Positions 6,364 through 11,278 of a DNA stretch of 11,278 bases are shown piece by piece (the stretch's first letter is position 1; each line of letters begins with the position of its first letter). The notes beneath the pieces are model-generated. The model was not told the DNA's origin. It saw only the letters and a list, made by a program, of their open reading frames with translations, and searched no databases. This DNA comes from Candidatus Hydrogenedentota bacterium (GTDB lineage Bacteria; Hydrogenedentota; Hydrogenedentia; Hydrogenedentales; SLHB01). Position numbers and translations under genes: made by a program. The stretch lies in NCBI GenBank assembly GCA_045863295.1, contig BTWA01000070.1:1-11278 (forward strand). The letters are read 5' to 3'.

Positions 6364-7047
6364 ATGCCCCTTCTTTGTGTGGAAAATCTTGTCAAATCCT
6401 ACCGGAGTCCGGATGGACAGTTGAGCCGGATCGTGGATATCGACCGGTTTGAGGTCGATGCGGGCGAGCAGATTGCTGTGAAGGGGGCGAGCGGTTCGGG
6501 CAAGACGACGTTCTTGAATCTGATTGCGGGGATCTTGCGGCCGGATTCGGGCCGGATCGAACTGGACGGCCACGACATGGCTGGCCAATCCGAATCGGGC
6601 CGGGATCGGATACGGGCCAGCCGGCTGGGCTATGTTTTTCAGACGTTCAATCTGCTTCAAGGTTACACGGCGTTTGAGAATGTTTTATTGGGGATGATGT
6701 TTGGTCCCGGGGCGGATCCCGGGTATGCGGAATCGCTTTTGAAACGGGTCGGCCTTGCCGACCGGATGAATTACCGGCCGCGCCAATTGTCCGTGGGGCA
6801 GCAGCAGCGGGTGGCGGTGGCGAGGGCATTGGCGAACCGGCCCAAGCTCGTGCTGGCGGACGAACCGACCGGGAATCTGGATCGGCATCACGCGCGCGAG
6901 GCGCTGCAATTGATTCGGGAGATTTGCCGGGAGAACGGCGCGGCGTTGCTGTTGGTGAGCCACGATCCGGATATCTTGGACGCATTCGAGCGGCGGCACG
7001 ATTTCGAACAGATCAATCGCGTCCTTCGCGAGGAATCGCCGGCATGA
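6364..7047 (+). CDS. ABC transporter ATP-binding protein (LolD/MacB-like; ZrgB/PA4064-like)
   Basis: Walker A GASGSGKTT, Q-loop GYVFQTFNLL, signature LSVGQQQRVAVARAL, Walker B LVLADEPTGNLD, H-loop VSHD. Start at ATG 6364 (in-frame GTG 6355 is possible); the 6250 start in the track overlaps the promoter. Confidence 0.95.
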   Translation: MPLLCVENLVKSYRSPDGQLSRIVDIDRFEVDAGEQIAVKGASGSGKTTFLNLIAGILRPDSGRIELDGHDMAGQSESGRDRIRASRLGYVFQTFNLLQGYTAFENVLLGMMFGPGADPGYAESLLKRVGLADRMNYRPRQLSVGQQQRVAVARALANRPKLVLADEPTGNLDRHHAREALQLIREICRENGAALLLVSHDPDILDAFERRHDFEQINRVLREESPA

Positions 7048-8330
7048 GCGGCCGCTTTGCCCGACATACCCTGGGCGCGGTGCTGCTGATTGTGCGCAGA
7101 AGCTTGCGGCAGCATATCGTTTCCAGTGCGGTGACGATTGCCGCGACGGCGTTGGCGGCGGGTCTGGTGATGGCGGTATTCAGCATTCAGAAGCAGTCCA
7201 AGGATGCGTTCACGGGCGGGAGCGCGGGCTTTGACGCCGTGCTGGGCGCGCGCGGCAGCCAGCTTCAACTCGTGCTCAACACGGTGTTTCACCTGGAGAC
7301 CTCGCCGGGGAACATTCCGTGGTCGTTGTATCAATCGATCAAGGCGGATCCGCGTGTGGAAGCGGCCATTCCTTATGCCACCGGCGACAACTACGAGGGG
7401 TTTCGCATCGTCGGCACAACGACCGAGATTTTCGAGCAGTTCGAGGATCTTGAAGGGCGGCCGCTCGAAACCGAAGAGGGTGGGCGATTTTTTGACGCAG
7501 GCTACCGGGAGGCCGTGATCGGAAGTTTTGCTGCACGCAAAACGGGATTAAAGGTCGGTAGTACTTTCAATCCCTACCACGGGCTTGCCTACAACCCCGT
7601 GAACGCGCACGCCGAAGAATACACCGTGGTCGGCATTCTAAAACCGACGAACACGCCCAGCGATCGCGTCATCTGGATTCCGATCGAAGGCATCTACCGG
7701 ATGGGCGGGCACGTGTTGCGCGGCACGGGCGAGCAGATTTTCCAAGCGCAGCCAGGACAGGCGATTCCGGATGAGCACAAGGAAGTGAGCGCCGTAATGT
7801 TGAAGTTGAAGAATGCAAAGGCGGGCTTCGACCTCGACATGACCATCAACAAGCAAGGCAAGGTGGCGACCATGGCCTTTCCCATTGCGTTGGTGATGGC
7901 GGACCTGTTTGAAAAGATTGGTTGGGTCAACCGAGTGCTGGAGTTGGTGGCCTATCTGGTGGTTCTGGTGGCATCGGCGGCGATTCTGGCCAGCGTGTAC
8001 AACACCATCAATGAGCGGCGGCGCGAATTCGCGATCTTGCGGGCGCTCGGGGCACGCAGACGCATCGTGTTCACGGCCATCGTTGTGGAGTCGGCCGCGT
8101 TGGCGGGCATCGGATCGCTGTTTGGTTTTCTGGTGTACGGCGTCATACTGACGGCGACGGCAGTTATCGTGCGCGCGAGGACCGGCGTGGTCATGGACGT
8201 GATGGCGTTCCACTGGGCGCACGTGTTTGCGCCCGTGGGCATTACCGCGATAGGCGCGCTGGCAGGCGTTGCGCCGGCGATCAAGGCGTATGCCACCGAT
8301 GTGTCGGACAACCTGGTGCCGCACTCCTAA
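7044..8330 (+). CDS. ABC transporter permease, MacB/FtsX family (ZrgC/PA4065-like)
   Basis: ATGA overlap with the ATPase stop and GAGGA RBS at 7030-7034. N-terminal TM, large extracytoplasmic domain (DAVLGARGSQLQLVLNTVFH...GNIPW), C-terminal FtsX region with ERRREFAILRALGA and three TM helices. Confidence 0.92.
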   Translation: MSGRFARHTLGAVLLIVRRSLRQHIVSSAVTIAATALAAGLVMAVFSIQKQSKDAFTGGSAGFDAVLGARGSQLQLVLNTVFHLETSPGNIPWSLYQSIKADPRVEAAIPYATGDNYEGFRIVGTTTEIFEQFEDLEGRPLETEEGGRFFDAGYREAVIGSFAARKTGLKVGSTFNPYHGLAYNPVNAHAEEYTVVGILKPTNTPSDRVIWIPIEGIYRMGGHVLRGTGEQIFQAQPGQAIPDEHKEVSAVMLKLKNAKAGFDLDMTINKQGKVATMAFPIALVMADLFEKIGWVNRVLELVAYLVVLVASAAILASVYNTINERRREFAILRALGARRRIVFTAIVVESAALAGIGSLFGFLVYGVILTATAVIVRARTGVVMDVMAFHWAHVFAPVGITAIGALAGVAPAIKAYATDVSDNLVPHS

Positions 8331-8333
8331 GCC

Positions 8334-8374
8334 GCATTTTGCACCACGCTTAAAGCATGCGTGGTGCCCAATGC
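8334..8374. repeat. Intergenic stem-loop just after the permease stop
   Basis: GCACCACGC (8341-8349) pairs perfectly with GCGTGGTGC (8359-8367), extended by GCATT/AATGC; no U-tract on the plus strand. Confidence 0.6.
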
Positions 8375-8404
8375 TCACACAGAACAGTCTGGGCTTGAAA
8401 ACCG

Positions 8405-8463
8405 CTGAGGATGTTTCACGAGCACACTGTACTTTGGACAAAGTCGTGAAATATCCGGGCTGA
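8405..8463. repeat. 13-bp inverted repeat flanked by CTGA direct repeats (possible MITE relic or operator)
   Basis: GGATGTTTCACGA (8409-8421) vs TCGTGAAATATCC (8444-8456), 12/13 match; CTGA at 8405-8408 and 8460-8463. Confidence 0.45.
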
Positions 8464-8504
8464 GCAGCCATTGGCACAAAGATAAACCCCTTGGAGACGA
8501 AGCA

Positions 8505-9074
8505 ATGCAATGCAAAGTGACCCTGCAATTGGTGGCCACGATCTGCTTGGCTGGTTTCACGGCCCTGTATGTATCGGGCTGCGGATCGAAACCGGCGGAA
8601 CCCACACCCACCGAAAACGTGAAGGCCAATGAGGCTTCGGATGAACACAACCACGATCATGCGGACCATGATCACGACGAGCAGGCTCACGCGGAAGAGG
8701 ATTCCGGACACACCCACGCGGCCCCCCATGACGGTGTGCTGGTTCCCCTGGGCGATCATTTCGCCAATATCGAGTTTGTCTTTTTGAAGGAGGAAGGCCG
8801 TTTGACGGCGTACGTGCTCGACGCACATGCCTCGGCGCCAGTCCGTATCACCAACCAGGACATGCCGGTCGAAATCTCGTTGCCCGACGGCCGAAAAGAA
8901 ACGCTTTGGCTCGATGCCGTCGCCAACGCACTCACCGGAGAGACGGTCGGCGACACTTCGGAATTTGTGACGGTTTCGGACGCGTTGAAAGGACTGGAAG
9001 CCTTCGACGGCGCGGTGCCTGCGATTACCGTCATGGGAATGGCGTTCGAGAACGTGAAATTCAAGTACCCGTAA
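8505..9074 (+). CDS. His-rich lipoprotein, putative metal-binding protein
   Basis: 189 aa; GGAG RBS at 8493-8496; hydrophobic signal ending in lipobox VSG-C; HNHDHADHDHDEQAHAEEDSGHTHAAPH (9 His in 28 aa) before a predicted beta-rich domain. Confidence 0.85.
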   Translation: MQCKVTLQLVATICLAGFTALYVSGCGSKPAEPTPTENVKANEASDEHNHDHADHDHDEQAHAEEDSGHTHAAPHDGVLVPLGDHFANIEFVFLKEEGRLTAYVLDAHASAPVRITNQDMPVEISLPDGRKETLWLDAVANALTGETVGDTSEFVTVSDALKGLEAFDGAVPAITVMGMAFENVKFKYP

Positions 9075-9145
9075 TACGGGCCGTAGGCAGTCACGCCGCA
9101 CTTATGGTATAAAAGAGCGCAAGGCAGTAACCGAGGACTTCTCCG

Positions 9146-9997
9146 ATGGCTATGAAAAAATCCACCAAGTGGGCTCTGGAAGGCGCGGTATTTGTTGCAC
9201 TAGGCGCGACGGCGGCGTTTCTTCCGTGGCCCTCTCAGCAAGCCGACGCCAACCGGCAGGCCGACCTGATGTCCGCCGCGCTGGATGCGGTGGAGGCTGC
9301 CCCTTCGCCGGCTTCGAGCCCGCTGCAGTTTGCGCAGGCCGAGGATTCCAAGGAAGTCCGCGGTGCGCCGTTGGACGCGCCTGTCAAGGGCGAACCGATT
9401 GATGCACCCCCCGCAGGGGTGGCGGCTCCGGACGATGGCAGCGGTTTGATTTCGCCGGAGGCGTTCAATCAGGGCAATGCACTGCTGGAAAAAATCGAGG
9501 GCGAATCCACCGGCGACGCATTCGATTTCAAGAAGACGAAGGACGGCAAGTTCACCAAAGTCACGTTTAATGCACTGGGCAGTTTTGAATATGTGCTTCC
9601 CAATCGCGACGAGCTACTGGCTGCTCCGGATCCCGTCAAAGCGTTGAAAGATCAAATTCCGGAACCCATTAAGAAACTGCAGAAATCGGATGTGGTGCTG
9701 GTGGGATTCATGGTGCCCATCGACATTGACCGCGAAGGCAATATCAAGTCGTTTGCGCTTACGCAGAACCAGATGTTCTGCTGCTTCGGCGTGCCGCCCG
9801 CCATGAACGAGTGGGTGATGGTCAACATGGCGGAGGGCAAGCATACGGACTATATCGCCGACTTGCCGGTCGCGGTCTATGGGTCTTTTGCGGTTGGCGA
9901 GGAACTGGAAGACGGGTTCGTGATGAGCGTGTACCGGATGGCCGCGAGCGAGGTCGTGGATGTGCACGAACTGATTAAGCGCGCGGAAAAAGGCTGA
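9146..9997 (+). CDS. DUF3299-like membrane-anchored/exported protein (ZrgD/PA4066-like)
   Basis: 283 aa; GAGGA RBS; N-terminal TM, Ala/Pro-rich linker, C-terminal domain with VVLVGFMVPID...FALT...CCFGVPPAMNEWVMV...PVAVYG...VYRM matching the DUF3299 layout; gene context fits. Confidence 0.78.
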   Translation: MAMKKSTKWALEGAVFVALGATAAFLPWPSQQADANRQADLMSAALDAVEAAPSPASSPLQFAQAEDSKEVRGAPLDAPVKGEPIDAPPAGVAAPDDGSGLISPEAFNQGNALLEKIEGESTGDAFDFKKTKDGKFTKVTFNALGSFEYVLPNRDELLAAPDPVKALKDQIPEPIKKLQKSDVVLVGFMVPIDIDREGNIKSFALTQNQMFCCFGVPPAMNEWVMVNMAEGKHTDYIADLPVAVYGSFAVGEELEDGFVMSVYRMAASEVVDVHELIKRAEKG

Positions 9998-9999
9998 AC

Positions 10000-10725
10000 T
10001 CAATCGCCCGTTTCGGGCACCGGTTTGGCGGGAAGAACTGGCAGTACCGATGTGCGTCGGGCACTCCACCAGGTCAAGGCTTTGTATCCCACTGCCGCCA
10101 ACACGCACAGGGCAAGCGCACCGGCAGGCACGAACCACGGCATCTTCTCGTATCCGTAGCGCTGCAACACGCGTTCGATGATCGCCAACAACCACACCCA
10201 CCCCGCCACCGAAAGAGTGTTTCCCACGACGACCGAGACGAAGACCAGCCAAGTGCGGATTCCAAACAGATACCCCAGGTACGCACCCACGATGGGACCG
10301 GTGTTCCACACCGGAATACAAACAAACAGCATAAGGCCAATGGGGCCGAGTCCGCCCATTCGTTGTGCAAGTGCGATGGCCCGCGCTCGAATTCGTTTCA
10401 GAAATCCACCGAAGTAGGCAAACTTCTCCAGTCTCGAATGCCCTTCCACCAGGGCCGGGTACGTTACCAGCACGGAAACGGCGCCCACATACGAACAGAG
10501 CCAAAACAGAAACCATTTGCCAAATCCCAGATAGAGTCCGTGGGTCACTCCAAGACCGGGGCCGACGGCGAGCGTGGCGGAAACGACCTGCCAGGATTCT
10601 GTGTAGGGATGCGTCCACAATCGAGCGAGGATTATCAGGACTGCGATGCCGAGTACGCTGGTAAGGAAGCCAAGGAATATGAGGAGTTTGGTGTTGGGAT
10701 GATGGCTCGGATGGTAGGTGTCCAA
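10000..10725 (-). CDS. Putative small multidrug export family (PF06695-like) membrane protein
   Basis: 241 aa with several TM helices; GPIGLMLFVCIPVWNTGPIVGAYLGYLFG resembles the family GLxLFVxIPxxxTG motif; TTG start is uncertain. Confidence 0.7.
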   Translation of the reverse strand: MDTYHPSHHPNTKLLIFLGFLTSVLGIAVLIILARLWTHPYTESWQVVSATLAVGPGLGVTHGLYLGFGKWFLFWLCSYVGAVSVLVTYPALVEGHSRLEKFAYFGGFLKRIRARAIALAQRMGGLGPIGLMLFVCIPVWNTGPIVGAYLGYLFGIRTWLVFVSVVVGNTLSVAGWVWLLAIIERVLQRYGYEKMPWFVPAGALALCVLAAVGYKALTWWSARRTSVLPVLPAKPVPETGD

Positions 10726-11089
10726 TGGAAATCGGCTTTCTTAATCTATTGAAATAAAACAGCTTGGCAGCAAGGGGGTTTCTGTGGAATCCCGGAATGC
10801 TCTGTCGTTGAGCCTGTTGCTGCCAACCGTCGGCAAATTGTACCGGAGTTGAAACTTCGGTATCAATTCTCATGCAGTAACGTCCCAAAGAGTGTAGATT
10901 CCATGCCCTTGTGTCAACATATGGTATTGCCACGTACTTAATCGCGCAGCTGGGAAGTTTGAGTGACAATTTTTGTAATTTAGCGACGCGATCCGGTTAT
11001 CCTTTCTGGGAATTGCTTCCACGAAGATTTTAGCGAGTAGTACCGTAATGCTTTGAAATTACTACGCTTACGGCGGCAAATTTCGATAT

Positions 11090-11105
11090 TGGCACAGCCG
11101 TTGCT
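11090..11105 (+). promoter_or_regulatory. Sigma54 (RpoN) promoter of the pilin gene
   Basis: TGGCAC-AGCCG-TTGCT is an exact match to TGGCAC-N5-TTGCW, 100 nt upstream of the pilin ATG. Confidence 0.85.
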
Positions 11106-11204
11106 CCATAGGTCTCGACAGTTGAAGTGAGATTGAGCCTGATGCCCCGGAGGGTGTCAGGTGTTTTTGGGAAACAGGGTCAAGCACGACCGGAGGAATT
11201 GAGC

Positions 11205-11278
11205 ATGAACAATCGCAAGAAATCAGGTTTCACGTTGATTGAGTTGATGATCGTGGTGGCCATTATCGCGATTATCGC
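11205..11278 (+). CDS. Type IV pilin / prepilin with N-terminal cleavage-methylation motif (5' fragment)
   Basis: GGAGG RBS at 11192-11196; MNNRKKSG|FTLIELMIVVAIIAII gives a short basic leader, G|F cleavage site, E5 and a hydrophobic helix. Too short and truncated for the ORF track. Confidence 0.92.
   Translation, partial: MNNRKKSGFTLIELMIVVAIIAII

Noticed and set aside
5613..6395. Short ORFs (60-126 aa) in the divergent intergenic region
   Set aside because: No convincing RBS or motifs; they run across repeats and the promoter.
6924..7043. Longer start of the permease in the ORF track
   Set aside because: Overlaps the ATPase by over 120 nt; the ATGA coupling and RBS support 7044.
8472..8487. 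TGGCAC upstream of the lipoprotein as a sigma54 promoter
   Set aside because: The -12 element is absent (TGGCAC-AAAGA-TAAAC).
7638..9101. 487-aa minus-strand ORF
   Set aside because: Antisense to the permease and lipoprotein, with no domain-like content.
9614..10969. 451-aa minus-strand ORF
   Set aside because: Out-of-frame overlap with the membrane protein gene and antisense to the DUF3299-like gene; Arg/Gly-rich with no motifs.

Overview
GC-rich bacterial window, possibly Candidatus Hydrogenedentota or a PVC-like lineage (inferred only from gene content and pilin style). The minus strand carries, in transcription order, a short GspE/PilB-family ATPase, a Tat-exported formylglycine-type sulfatase, a single-TM hypothetical protein, pdxH, and a secreted PPC-like/NHL-repeat protein that runs off the left edge and is missing from the ORF track. 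A ~1 kb divergent intergenic region (5388-6363) is rich in hairpins, REP-like and IS-end-like remnants, and ends in a near-consensus sigma70 promoter. That promoter precedes a four-gene plus-strand cluster (ABC ATPase, MacB/FtsX-type permease, His-rich lipoprotein, DUF3299-like protein) resembling the Zur-regulated Vibrio zrg / Pseudomonas PA4063-PA4066 zinc systems. A convergent small multidrug export family gene follows. The window ends in the first 24 codons of a type IV pilin preceded by a consensus sigma54 promoter with candidate IHF and enhancer sites. I see no clear-cut novel system. The best leads are the variant zrg-like metal module, a candidate structured RNA in the intergenic region, a repeated non-canonical promoter architecture, and the orphan short GspE/PilB ATPase.
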